From positions 1 through 35,266 of IMG/VR virus record IMGVR_UViG_3300009619_000002: DNA of 35,266 bases; one strand, given 5' to 3'. The notes beneath the pieces are model-generated. The model had not been told where the DNA came from and made no database searches. It saw only the letters and a list, made by a program, of their open reading frames with translations. Position 1 is the first letter of the stretch. Each line of letters starts with the position of its first letter. Made by a program: the position numbers and the translations under genes. Below are positions 8,109 through 16,178 of the stretch, in pieces. The DNA is from a virus. Lineage: Duplodnaviria; Caudoviricetes.

Positions 8109-10267
8109 TCTCCGAAGGCCGAGTTCGCGCCGGCACGACGATCGCGCTCGATCGCTTCGAGCTCGCGGCGCACGCGCTGCGCGAGATCACCCGCGTCTTC
8201 GCCGGGCTGCTGGTAGATCTGGATGGTGACCGGTCCTGATGAGACCGGGGCCGTGGAGGGTCCTAAGCCTGCACCACCGGCATAGGCCGGCGAGGACAGC
8301 GCGGCAGCTCCGGCGACACCGGTTGCGAGACGGCGTGCGCTCGCGAAGGCGTCGCTTCGCTTCCTGTCGATGCCGATCGCCATGCCTTCGGAGAGATTGC
8401 CGCCGAAGCCCATGAAGAGCCGCGAGGGAGAGTTGATCCCGAGCAGCTTCTTCACGTTGGTTACGCCGTTCATGACGATTGACTTCAACGCATCCCAGAC
8501 GCGGCCAGGTGCGGATGTGATACCGTTAACCAAACCGCTGATCATACCCTTGCCGATCGACAAAAACTTGTCGCGCAGTCCGCCAAGGAACGCGATGCCA
8601 GTGTTGAACGCGGCCTTGATGGTATCCCAGTTCCGATAGACGGCGACGCCAACGACAGCGAGTACGGTCAGGAAAAGGCCGACCGGTCCGAGCATGAAGC
8701 GGAAAGCGACGCCCAGCATCCGCACGCCGGTTGCGAGCTTGGGGAATGTCTCCGCAATCGAGCCGAGCGTCCGGTATTTCTTCCATAGCTGATACCCCTT
8801 GGAAAGCGGGCCAAGCATGCCGCCGAAGGCGAACTGCAGGCCGCCGAGTGCGACGCGTGCGGCGCCGAAGCCTGCGACGGTCATCAGGATGGTCTTGGCC
8901 AGGCCCGGATTTTCACGTGCCCAGTCGGCGACCGAATTAGCCAGAGGGGTGATGGCATTGGCTAACGCGGTGAGCGCAGGCGTGAGTACCGGAGCAATTG
9001 CCAAGATCAGACCCGCACCCGCGCTGCCCAGCTGACGCATCTGCGCATTCTGGTCGTTTGCCATGCGCTGTTCGAAGGCCTGGTCGGTTACGCCATCGGC
9101 GGCGGCGATGTCCTTTTTCATCTGCCCGAACTTGTCGTAGTCAGCCATTAGCTGGCGCATTGCCTTGCTTGCTTCTTTATCGGCGAAAAAATTCTGAAGC
9201 TTCTTGTTGTCTCCCCCGGTAGCCTTCTCAGTCAACGCGATCATTGTTTCGAGAGGGGATATGTTGTTCTTCAGCCCCGTCTCGATTGCCGCGAAAGCGT
9301 CGATGCCGGCCTTCTCGAAGGCCTTCATGGTGACGGGTGCGGTGAGCTTGGAAAGAAGGTCGGAAGCTGCGGTTGCCGCCTCCGCCGAAGTGCCGGTCCC
9401 CCCCCGCACAACCTGAAGCATGGCGATAAGCTCTGCGCCAGCTTCGTGACCGCTTTGCCCCAGCGCTTTCATTTGCGCAGTCAGCGAGGGCATGGCGCCT
9501 GCCATGTCCTTGACTTCGAATGCGCCTTGGTTGCCGCCTTCAGCCATCATGTCGAGGAACCTCTGGGATTCCTTCAACGGGATGTTCAGCTTTGTAATGC
9601 CGGCATGAAGGGCTGACGCGGTGTCCGCGCCTTGCGCTTTGAACGCCGTCATAAAGCGGCCCATGGGCAACGCCAGAGATGCCGCCTGCTGTGATGTGAT
9701 GTCGCCCAATCCCGCCATCGCATCGATCGACAATTGCAACTCGTCGGGCATCTGCGCCGACGCCCGTGCGGCATCGATGATATTGTTGCGCATGCGCGCG
9801 GTCGCCGCGTCGGACAGGTTCGCCTTCTGCTGGATGTCGACCATCTGGCTGGAAAAGTCTGCGCCTGCCTTGGCTGCGACTGCCAAGGGTGCGAGGAGCG
9901 CAGCACCACCAATGGCGTTGGCGCGGCCGCGGCTGCGAAAATCAGCGCCCTTCGCCCGGAAAGCCTGAGCTTTCTTAGAGGCTTCGTAGAGCTTGCCCTG
10001 CTTGCGCAGTTCGTCGTTGACGCCTTCGAGCGAACGCTCGAGCTGCTTCTCGCGATTTACGAGCTCGGTAATGTTACCGCTCGCGCCGTCGATCTGCTTT
10101 CGAACCTTTTCGAGTTCGCCTTTGAACCCGTCGGCTTCTCTCCTGAGGTTTCGAAAACTGTTCGCGCCGGACTTGCCGAGACCGACGAGATTCTTGAATC
10201 CCCCCTTCAGCTCAGAAAGCCCCTTCTCGGAGAACTTGACCAGGAGGTTGAGGCTGTTCTTCGACAT
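8105..10267 (-). CDS. T: Tail tape measure protein
   Basis: 720 aa Ala/Gly-rich helical protein, GAFEVKDMA core, NWDTIK repeat, GINSPSRLF C-terminal motif. Confidence 0.92.
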   Translation of the reverse strand: MSKNSLNLLVKFSEKGLSELKGGFKNLVGLGKSGANSFRNLRREADGFKGELEKVRKQIDGASGNITELVNREKQLERSLEGVNDELRKQGKLYEASKKAQAFRAKGADFRSRGRANAIGGAALLAPLAVAAKAGADFSSQMVDIQQKANLSDAATARMRNNIIDAARASAQMPDELQLSIDAMAGLGDITSQQAASLALPMGRFMTAFKAQGADTASALHAGITKLNIPLKESQRFLDMMAEGGNQGAFEVKDMAGAMPSLTAQMKALGQSGHEAGAELIAMLQVVRGGTGTSAEAATAASDLLSKLTAPVTMKAFEKAGIDAFAAIETGLKNNISPLETMIALTEKATGGDNKKLQNFFADKEASKAMRQLMADYDKFGQMKKDIAAADGVTDQAFEQRMANDQNAQMRQLGSAGAGLILAIAPVLTPALTALANAITPLANSVADWARENPGLAKTILMTVAGFGAARVALGGLQFAFGGMLGPLSKGYQLWKKYRTLGSIAETFPKLATGVRMLGVAFRFMLGPVGLFLTVLAVVGVAVYRNWDTIKAAFNTGIAFLGGLRDKFLSIGKGMISGLVNGITSAPGRVWDALKSIVMNGVTNVKKLLGINSPSRLFMGFGGNLSEGMAIGIDRKRSDAFASARRLATGVAGAAALSSPAYAGGAGLGPSTAPVSSGPVTIQIYQQPGEDAGDLAQRVRRELEAIERDRRAGANSAFGD

Positions 10268-10272
10268 TGTGA

Positions 10273-10407
10273 TCAGCCTTTCTCGGTCCGGTTCAACCTG
10301 TTCCAGGTGGCCACGGCGATGCCGTGCCAGCGAAGGAGTTCATCGATTTCGAGCGTGACGAGTTCGGAGCGTTGCCAGTGGAGGATTGCGGCGATTTCCG
10401 CGATCAT
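10273..10407 (-). CDS. E': gpE'-like tail chaperone extension (-1 frameshift product of E)
   Basis: MIAEIAAILHWQRSEL...ELLRW matches the P2 E' pattern; in the -1 frame from the T7 run at 10467-10473. Confidence 0.85.
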   Translation of the reverse strand: MIAEIAAILHWQRSELVTLEIDELLRWHGIAVATWNRLNRTEKG

Positions 10408-10418
10408 CCGTTCGACAC

Positions 10419-10730
10419 TCAGCGGGCCGTCATTTCCTCGACCTGCTTCTTCACCGTCGGGCTCATAAAAAAACCGAAGATCGTGCCCCCGATTTCGGCG
10501 AAGTCCTCGGCCTCGAGCTGGGCGACCTCGCTGTCGATCAGCGCGGGTTCGCTGATGCGGGGGATGACACTGAGCAGCGTATCGATGTCGCTTTCGAGCA
10601 GCTTCTGCAGGCTGAGGCGGCGCAGGTCGCCGGCCTTGGGCTTGCGCAGCACAAGATCAGCGATGTCGCCTCCCTCGCGCCTGATCGGGTGAACCAGCTT
10701 GACGGTTGCGGTTTCGGGCGTGTCACTCAT
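10419..10730 (-). CDS. E: Tail assembly chaperone gpE
   Basis: LRKPKAGDLRRLSL motif; between tube and tape measure. Confidence 0.88.
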   Translation of the reverse strand: MSDTPETATVKLVHPIRREGGDIADLVLRKPKAGDLRRLSLQKLLESDIDTLLSVIPRISEPALIDSEVAQLEAEDFAEIGGTIFGFFMSPTVKKQVEEMTAR

Positions 10731-10751
10731 TTCGGGCCTCTCGTTCCTTTT

Positions 10752-10780
10752 GTCCTACCGGGTTGCGCTAACCTGAGGAC
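10752..10780 (-). repeat. Late-region hairpin repeat, copy A (variant inner stem), upstream of E
   Basis: GTCCTCA-GGTTAGCGCAACC-CGGTAGGAC. Confidence 0.75.
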
Positions 10781-10832
10781 GGGTGTGATAAACGGGTCGA
10801 AGAACGGCGCCCCGAGCGCCGCCCCCGGTGGG

Positions 10833-11342
10833 TTACTGGCCGAGGATCGCGCGGACGGCGGCCATGCGATCGGTGCCGCCGATCATGTAGACGTTGTTGA
10901 TCACGTCGATTTCGACTTCGACAGCGCCGTTGATGGTCCATTTGAGGTAGGCGAGGGTGGAATTGACCTTCCATTCGGTGTCTTCGCCCGCCTTGGCGTT
11001 GCCGGGGTCGAGTTCCATGTGCCGGCCGCGCACGACCAGTTCGGCGGCAGTGGCCTGCATGGAGGAGCTGTCGCCCTGGTAGGCGCCGACGAAGCGGAGC
11101 ATTGCGCCATCCACCCGGGTGAGACCGAACTGGCGCAGCACGCCGACGACGAGACCGCCATAGGTGGCCGACATCTCGAGCTTTTCGAGGCCGAGGTCGA
11201 TATCGACGGGGGCGAGCATGCCGGAGCCGCGGTATTCCTCGCCCGCCATCTTCAGCTTGGGCAGCTCGATTTCCGAAGCGATGCCGAGATAATCCTGCCC
11301 GTCGTTGAAAACGCGGAAGTTCTTCAGTTTCTGGGGGAGCAT
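10833..11342 (-). CDS. FII: Major tail tube protein
   Basis: MLPQKLKNF, EEYRGSGM motifs. Confidence 0.93.
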   Translation of the reverse strand: MLPQKLKNFRVFNDGQDYLGIASEIELPKLKMAGEEYRGSGMLAPVDIDLGLEKLEMSATYGGLVVGVLRQFGLTRVDGAMLRFVGAYQGDSSSMQATAAELVVRGRHMELDPGNAKAGEDTEWKVNSTLAYLKWTINGAVEVEIDVINNVYMIGGTDRMAAVRAILGQ

Positions 11343-11355
11343 GGTGATCCTTTCT

Positions 11356-11436
11356 GCCCTACCGCGCTTTGCGCTGCTTGAGGGCGAGTTGTCCTATCGC
11401 GTCTTCTTTCGTCCTATCGCTGAGCTGCTTGAGGAC
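11356..11436 (-). repeat. Hairpin repeat copies B (11356-11385) and C (11411-11436) plus a half copy (11391-11400) between FI and FII
   Basis: GCCCTCAAGCAGCGCAAAGCGCGGTAGGGC and GTCCTCAAGCAGCTCAGCGATAGGAC. Confidence 0.85.
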
Positions 11437-11441
11437 AGGCG

Positions 11442-12593
11442 TCAGAGGCGGGCGACCTGTTCGCCGAACTGGGCGTAGAAACGGTCGGTGACGCGCTGGT
11501 TGAGCGTCAGGCTTTCGAGCGGGGCGGTGTCGGTGAACTCGTAATCGAGCGTCAGGCGACCCGCCGCGAGGCTGGCTGCGGTGTTGATGTTCGGATCTAT
11601 CGGCAGGACTTCGGCTCCGATGATGCGGCCTTCGGCCTTCAGTCCGCGGAAGAGCGCGTTGATCGTTTCGACGATGTCGCGGGCCAGCTGCGGGGTAAGC
11701 GGCTTGTCGATTGCCCAGGCGAGACCTTCGGCAATGGTGTCCTGCAGCGCCTGGCTGGTGCGTACGCGGCTTTCGAAGGACCAGAGCTGGTCATCGCTGC
11801 AGGTGCGGTTGCCCCAGAAGCGGTGGCCGTTGAGACGGACCATCGTGGTGACATCACCATCGTTGAGCAGGCCGGCGGTGTTCGACGAGTCCTGGAGGTC
11901 GAAGTCGATATCCTTGGTAAGACCAGCGACCCCGGCAATGGCGACGTTGGAAAGCGTCTTGTGCCAGCCCGTCTGCTCGTCGATCCTGGCGCGCAATCCG
12001 GCGGCGCGCGCGATGGCATCGCCCGCGAAGGCGGGGTCGGCCGCGAAGTCTGGCCAGATCAGCATGAGCTCGCGCTGCGAAAAGTTGGCGCGATAGGCGA
12101 GGGTGGCCGCGGTATCGGTACCGGTCGCCGCAGCATAGACGAAGCCGCGAAGGCGCTGGGCCACGGTGACGAGCGCTTCGGTGACGGGCTGCGTATCGTG
12201 CCCGGGCGCGACAAGGATGCGCGGCCGCACGCCGAGTTCGGTTTCAGCTGCGCGCAGCGCCTCGAGGCCGGTGAAGCTGCCATCGGACACGCCGCCGATG
12301 ATATTGGTTTCGGTTTCGGCCGCATCGGCGCCTTCGGGCACGCGAACGACCACGATGATCGGACTGGCCTGGTCCGCGATCGCGGCCAGCGCGGGGGCAA
12401 GCGTGCCGCTGGTGCCGGCCTTCGCAATCGCATCACGCATATCGGTGACGAGTGCGGGGCGGTTCGCGGGGAAGGCGGTATCATCGGCATCGGCGGCGGT
12501 TGCCACGAGACCGATCACGGCGGTCGCGACCAGTTTGAGGGCGCGGACACCTTGGGCGGGTTCGACGACGCGGATCCCGTGATAATAGGGCAT
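11442..12593 (-). CDS. FI: Contractile tail sheath protein
   Basis: YHGIRVVE, GWHKTLSNV, RFWGNRTC motifs. Confidence 0.95.
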   Translation of the reverse strand: MPYYHGIRVVEPAQGVRALKLVATAVIGLVATAADADDTAFPANRPALVTDMRDAIAKAGTSGTLAPALAAIADQASPIIVVVRVPEGADAAETETNIIGGVSDGSFTGLEALRAAETELGVRPRILVAPGHDTQPVTEALVTVAQRLRGFVYAAATGTDTAATLAYRANFSQRELMLIWPDFAADPAFAGDAIARAAGLRARIDEQTGWHKTLSNVAIAGVAGLTKDIDFDLQDSSNTAGLLNDGDVTTMVRLNGHRFWGNRTCSDDQLWSFESRVRTSQALQDTIAEGLAWAIDKPLTPQLARDIVETINALFRGLKAEGRIIGAEVLPIDPNINTAASLAAGRLTLDYEFTDTAPLESLTLNQRVTDRFYAQFGEQVARL

Positions 12594-12611
12594 GAAACGG
12601 TCCTTCCTAGT

Positions 12612-12974
12612 TCAGGCGGCCTGGTTGAGGCGGGGCAGCGGCACGGTCAGCCGCATGAGGCTGTTGGGTTCGGGGCTGTCGGTACGGTAGCCCTCGAGGA
12701 AGAGCGTGGCGGCACCGGCGCCGGTTTTTTCGAGCGCGCAGCGCACCAGGCGCAGACGCTTTTCCCAGCGGCGCAGCGCAGTGGCGGTCGCGGCGAACAG
12801 TGCGAGCCGGGTGGCATCGTTCAGGGGCTGGTCGAGCAGCTGCGGCAGCAGCGAGCCGTAGTCGCGCCGCATCACCCGGCTGCCGATCGGCGTCAGCAGG
12901 ATATCAGCGACGGATTGCGCAAGATGATCGTCACCATCGATAGCGGTGCCGAGGGTGCGGGACATGCCGGTCAT
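12612..12974 (-). CDS. W: Baseplate wedge protein gpW (gp25-like)
   Basis: HLAQSVADILLTPIGSRVMRRDYGS; ATGA overlap with V. Confidence 0.92.
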   Translation of the reverse strand: MTGMSRTLGTAIDGDDHLAQSVADILLTPIGSRVMRRDYGSLLPQLLDQPLNDATRLALFAATATALRRWEKRLRLVRCALEKTGAGAATLFLEGYRTDSPEPNSLMRLTVPLPRLNQAA

Positions 12975-13561
12975 GCGGGCGGCCCCGATTGCGACTGGCC
13001 GGAAGCAACTTCGCCGTGAAGGTGGTCCTCGAGGCTGACACCTGCGCCGGTCACGTCGCCGTCGGCGCGGATCGCACCGGTGATTTCGAGATCGCCGTCG
13101 ATCGTCACATTGCCGGTGATCGCCAGTTCGGCCGAGCCGACGTCGATCGACACGCCGCCGGTCGAGCGAATGGCGAGGGTAGCGTTGTCGGGAAGGGCGA
13201 GTTCGAGATGGTGGCCTTCCGGATCGTAGCTCAGCTGTGCGCCGTCGGCGAAGAGAATGAGTTCGGTCAGGCTGTTGCCGGCCGGGGGAAAGCTGTCCTG
13301 CGGAATCGCGCCGATGCAGATCGCGCGTTCGAGATCGCCTTCGGGGCACAGGAGAAGGACCTGTTCGCCGACGCTGGGCGGTGACCAGATACGGGTGTCG
13401 CCCGCGCGCCCGGTGCTAAAACGAATGGGGGCGCTGTGGACCTCGCCGGTTTCGACCTCGACCGTGCCGGCGTCCAGATCGACGGCAAGGACGGTTCCTT
13501 CGCGCAGGATGGCGCGCGGATCGACGGGGTCTTCGTCTTCAGGGCGGGGCTGGATGAACAT
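12971..13561 (-). CDS. V: Baseplate spike protein gpV
   Basis: WSPPSVGEQV, FADGAQLSYD, C-terminal HLH iron-binding motif. Confidence 0.92.
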   Translation of the reverse strand: MFIQPRPEDEDPVDPRAILREGTVLAVDLDAGTVEVETGEVHSAPIRFSTGRAGDTRIWSPPSVGEQVLLLCPEGDLERAICIGAIPQDSFPPAGNSLTELILFADGAQLSYDPEGHHLELALPDNATLAIRSTGGVSIDVGSAELAITGNVTIDGDLEITGAIRADGDVTGAGVSLEDHLHGEVASGQSQSGPPA

Positions 13562-13606
13562 CGCGGGCAATCATGCCGCGAGAGGAAGCGTCATCCATCC
13601 CCGCGC

Positions 13607-13632
13607 TGTTGTGCGCGCGCTGCCTTACAACA
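13607..13632. promoter_or_regulatory. Late-activator (Ogr) box upstream of V
   Basis: TGTTGT-N14-ACAACA inverted repeat; identical arms at 21355 and 27710. Confidence 0.8.
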
Positions 13633-13636
13633 GGGG

Positions 13637-13831
13637 CTAGCTTTCGGCGGCAGCGGCCTGCTTGCGGGCCCGCGGAGCGGGAGCCACGTCGGCGGCGGCA
13701 ATTGCAGCCTTCAGCGCATCGCGCTGCGGACCTTCGGCCATGGCGGCTGCGGCAGCGCGGGCCTTGTCGACGAAGGCGCGGGGCAAGCCCCTGGCGTGGG
13801 TCAGAAGGTGGATGAACTTCTCGGTCGTCAT
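13637..13831 (-). CDS. Small hypothetical protein (64 aa)
   Basis: GAGG SD; ATGA overlap with spanin gene. Confidence 0.6.
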   Translation of the reverse strand: MTTEKFIHLLTHARGLPRAFVDKARAAAAAMAEGPQRDALKAAIAAADVAPAPRARKQAAAAES

Positions 13832-14448
13832 GGCTGTATTTCCTCGGACTTGTTCGGATCGATCGCTGTCTGCTGGCGGATCCAGTCGATCAGGGCGTCG
13901 AGCTGGAGGGCCTGTTCCGTGGCGATGAGGTTTCGCTCGAGCTCTTCAGCGGCGGCGAGGGCTGCTGCAGGAAGTCGAGGATCCTCGGGCGCTCCAGCAA
14001 TTCCTGCGGCGGTAGCGGATAGGCCGGGCACTGCGAGACCTGCGGGCGCAGCTGCAGGCTGGGTTCGGGCCTGTAGTTCTTTGCGCAGCCGGTCAGCGCG
14101 AGTGCGAGCAGCGGCAAGACGAGAAGCGTAGCCCTGGCGAATGGCATCGGAAATCTCCTGTTGTTCGGCACGGATGCGTTCGAGGCGCGCGCGCTCGAGG
14201 CGCTGGGCTTCGCGGGCCGCCTCGGCGATCCGTATCTTGGTTTCTCGGTGGGCGGTGCGTTCGGCATCGCGCTCGTTCGCGCGCAGCTGCGCGGACTTGA
14301 TCCAACCGGTGACGCTGACCGGCCAGATGTGGAAGCCTTCGAGCCGTACGGTCTGGACGACCAGCGCGGCGCCCAGCAGGACGACGACCAGACCGGTCAG
14401 CCCGATACGCGCGGCGAAGGCGGCGACGCGCTGTTGCAGGGACTTCAT
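13828..14448 (-). CDS. Inner-membrane spanin (Rz-like)
   Basis: N-terminal TM followed by coiled coil; directly after endolysin. Confidence 0.75.
   Translation of the reverse strand: MKSLQQRVAAFAARIGLTGLVVVLLGAALVVQTVRLEGFHIWPVSVTGWIKSAQLRANERDAERTAHRETKIRIAEAAREAQRLERARLERIRAEQQEISDAIRQGYASRLAAARTRADRLRKELQARTQPAAAPAGLAVPGLSATAAGIAGAPEDPRLPAAALAAAEELERNLIATEQALQLDALIDWIRQQTAIDPNKSEEIQP
13890..14147 (-). CDS. Embedded outer-membrane spanin lipoprotein (Rz1-like)
   Basis: AGGAG SD, signal peptide with lipobox LALTGC, Pro-rich mature part, nested in another frame of the Rz-like gene. Confidence 0.75.
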   Translation of the reverse strand: MPFARATLLVLPLLALALTGCAKNYRPEPSLQLRPQVSQCPAYPLPPQELLERPRILDFLQQPSPPLKSSSETSSPRNRPSSSTP

Positions 14449-14888
14449 TCCTGAATTCCCGGCAAGTAGCGGGTGCGGCCCGCAATACGCTTGGCCGAGA
14501 GTTCCATGTTGCGCAACGCGCCGGCGCGATAGCTGACATGGACCCAGCGGCCGAACTCGTAGATCAGCTGATCATACTGAAGATTGCGGTGCATCCACCT
14601 CGCCAGATCGAGGACGCTCACGCCGGGAACAGTAAAGTCGGCGGCTTCGCCCTTGCAATGCTGGCTGGTGGAAGACCCGCCGATCGCGCGATTGAGTTCC
14701 GGCGAGCGATAGCCACTGGAAACGATGACGGGCCTGTCGAAGTGTGCGCGGACAGGCTCCAGCACTTCGATGCTAAGCGCCTTCAGCGCCGCGATTTCGC
14801 TATCGCCAGGCGTGTTGTCGATGCCCCGCCGCGCAGCGGTCTGCGAAACGGTCATCTCCGCGAGCGTAAAGTGGGGAGAGAGTTTCAT
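14445..14888 (-). CDS. Endolysin, peptidase M15A family
   Basis: LSPHFTLAEM, SSGYRSPELNRAIGG, SQHCKGEAAD, WVHVS motifs. Confidence 0.9.
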   Translation of the reverse strand: MKLSPHFTLAEMTVSQTAARRGIDNTPGDSEIAALKALSIEVLEPVRAHFDRPVIVSSGYRSPELNRAIGGSSTSQHCKGEAADFTVPGVSVLDLARWMHRNLQYDQLIYEFGRWVHVSYRAGALRNMELSAKRIAGRTRYLPGIQE

Positions 14889-15178
14889 GGTGCGTCGCTC
14901 CAATGCGGGGGCGGGACGTGGCGCATGATATGGACGAAACGCCAGGCTCCGTAGAGGATGAGAGTGAGGTCGCCGGATTGGCGTAGCCAGGGGATCGCCT
15001 GGCCGGTGAGCCAGGCATCGATCTGGCCAATGCCCAGCAGGGCCAGAGCCACGCCGAGGAGCCAGGTTTTCCAGGCACGCCAGGTGCCGATACGGCGAAG
15101 AGCAGGCGCGGCATGGTGCCACAGAAGGACCGCGATGATGATTTCGACCAGTCCGGTCAGGAGGTGGAACAGTTCCAT
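14885..15178 (-). CDS. Three-TM membrane protein, holin candidate
   Basis: MELFHLLTGLVEIIIAVLLW...; three hydrophobic segments, coupled to endolysin. Confidence 0.6.
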   Translation of the reverse strand: MELFHLLTGLVEIIIAVLLWHHAAPALRRIGTWRAWKTWLLGVALALLGIGQIDAWLTGQAIPWLRQSGDLTLILYGAWRFVHIMRHVPPPHWSDAP

Positions 15179-15552
15179 CAGTCCTTCCCCCCGGGAAGGC
15201 GGAATTCGGAAGGCAATCTGCCGGCGCGCGCCACCGCGCCCTTGCCGAAGCTTGCGAGTGCGCCTCCGACCCACCGCGAAGCCGCGCCAGCAATGGCCAT
15301 AACCAGCTGCAGCGGCCAGTCGTCCAAGTTTAAAGGAAGGTGCGGGTGCGCGATCGCCGCGACCAGACAGACAACGAGGCCCGCGAACAGCGTGGCCCAT
15401 ACTGTCATTCGGCTTTCGGGCGGCGTGAAGAGCATGCTCGCGTAGGTGGTCGCCAGCCCGACGATCATGCCGCCGACCAGGTCAGGCAGCGGCGCGGCGA
15501 TGCCGAGGGCCAACGCCAGCCAGGCCAGCATCGCTTTCAGTTCGATACCCAT
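15178..15552 (-). CDS. Multi-TM membrane protein, holin/antiholin candidate
   Basis: About four hydrophobic segments, charged C-terminus; TGATG coupling. Confidence 0.6.
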   Translation of the reverse strand: MGIELKAMLAWLALALGIAAPLPDLVGGMIVGLATTYASMLFTPPESRMTVWATLFAGLVVCLVAAIAHPHLPLNLDDWPLQLVMAIAGAASRWVGGALASFGKGAVARAGRLPSEFRLPGGKD

Positions 15553-15676
15553 CAAAGGTCTACTTTCTTTGGCGACTGTGCGGTTCGCGAGCCCGGTGGG
15601 GTTAAGTGACTGAAACGACTCGACTCTGTGGGCTCGTTAAGGCACCCTCCGCCAATCGCTGGAGCGGAGGGTGCCA

Positions 15677-16003
15677 ATGGTTGCTGCGGGTAAAGATCGA
15701 CAAGGAAACTCAAGAGCTTTCACGGTAATGCTCGAGGCCGCTCATCAGAGAGGGATAGGGATTTCCCCCTTGGACAGTGACTATTCCTTTGAACCTGCCC
15801 CCCCGATTCCCAAGCAATGGTATTTCTCGGAAAGTTGCCCCGATTGCGGTCGCGAAGCGCCCTTTTTCAGGGATCCCACTGGCGGAAAGGCTGGAACTCC
15901 GTTCAAGGGACCGCATTCGTTTCATACTTCTTGTGACGCTTGCGGCGGGAAAGTGTCGGCTCCCGTGGAGACAGTTTCGTCGAAACAGTGGCGCGGTCAC
16001 TAA
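15677..16003 (+). CDS. Moron: small double-CxxC (zinc-ribbon) protein
   Basis: CPDC...CDAC; GGAGG SD; opposite strand to flanking late genes. Confidence 0.6.
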   Translation: MVAAGKDRQGNSRAFTVMLEAAHQRGIGISPLDSDYSFEPAPPIPKQWYFSESCPDCGREAPFFRDPTGGKAGTPFKGPHSFHTSCDACGGKVSAPVETVSSKQWRGH

Positions 16004-16178
16004 TCGCGCCAAAATCTTCCGGGCGAAGCGGCGGGTGCTTGGGTGGCATTCAACTGTTCCTTTCTCTGAGCGTGGGGAGGTGGGTTCGCGCATCACAATC
16101 CGGCCTTCTGGACTGAGTGAGCGTTTCCATCGGGCAGGCTGAAACACGCTCGCGCGATCAAGGGGCGATCGCGCAGCA

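Noticed and set aside
12975-15400. Long upstream starts given by the ORF track for W (13349), endolysin (15293) and holin (15400)
   Set aside because: The extensions overlap real upstream genes; internal ATGs with stop/start coupling fit family N-termini better
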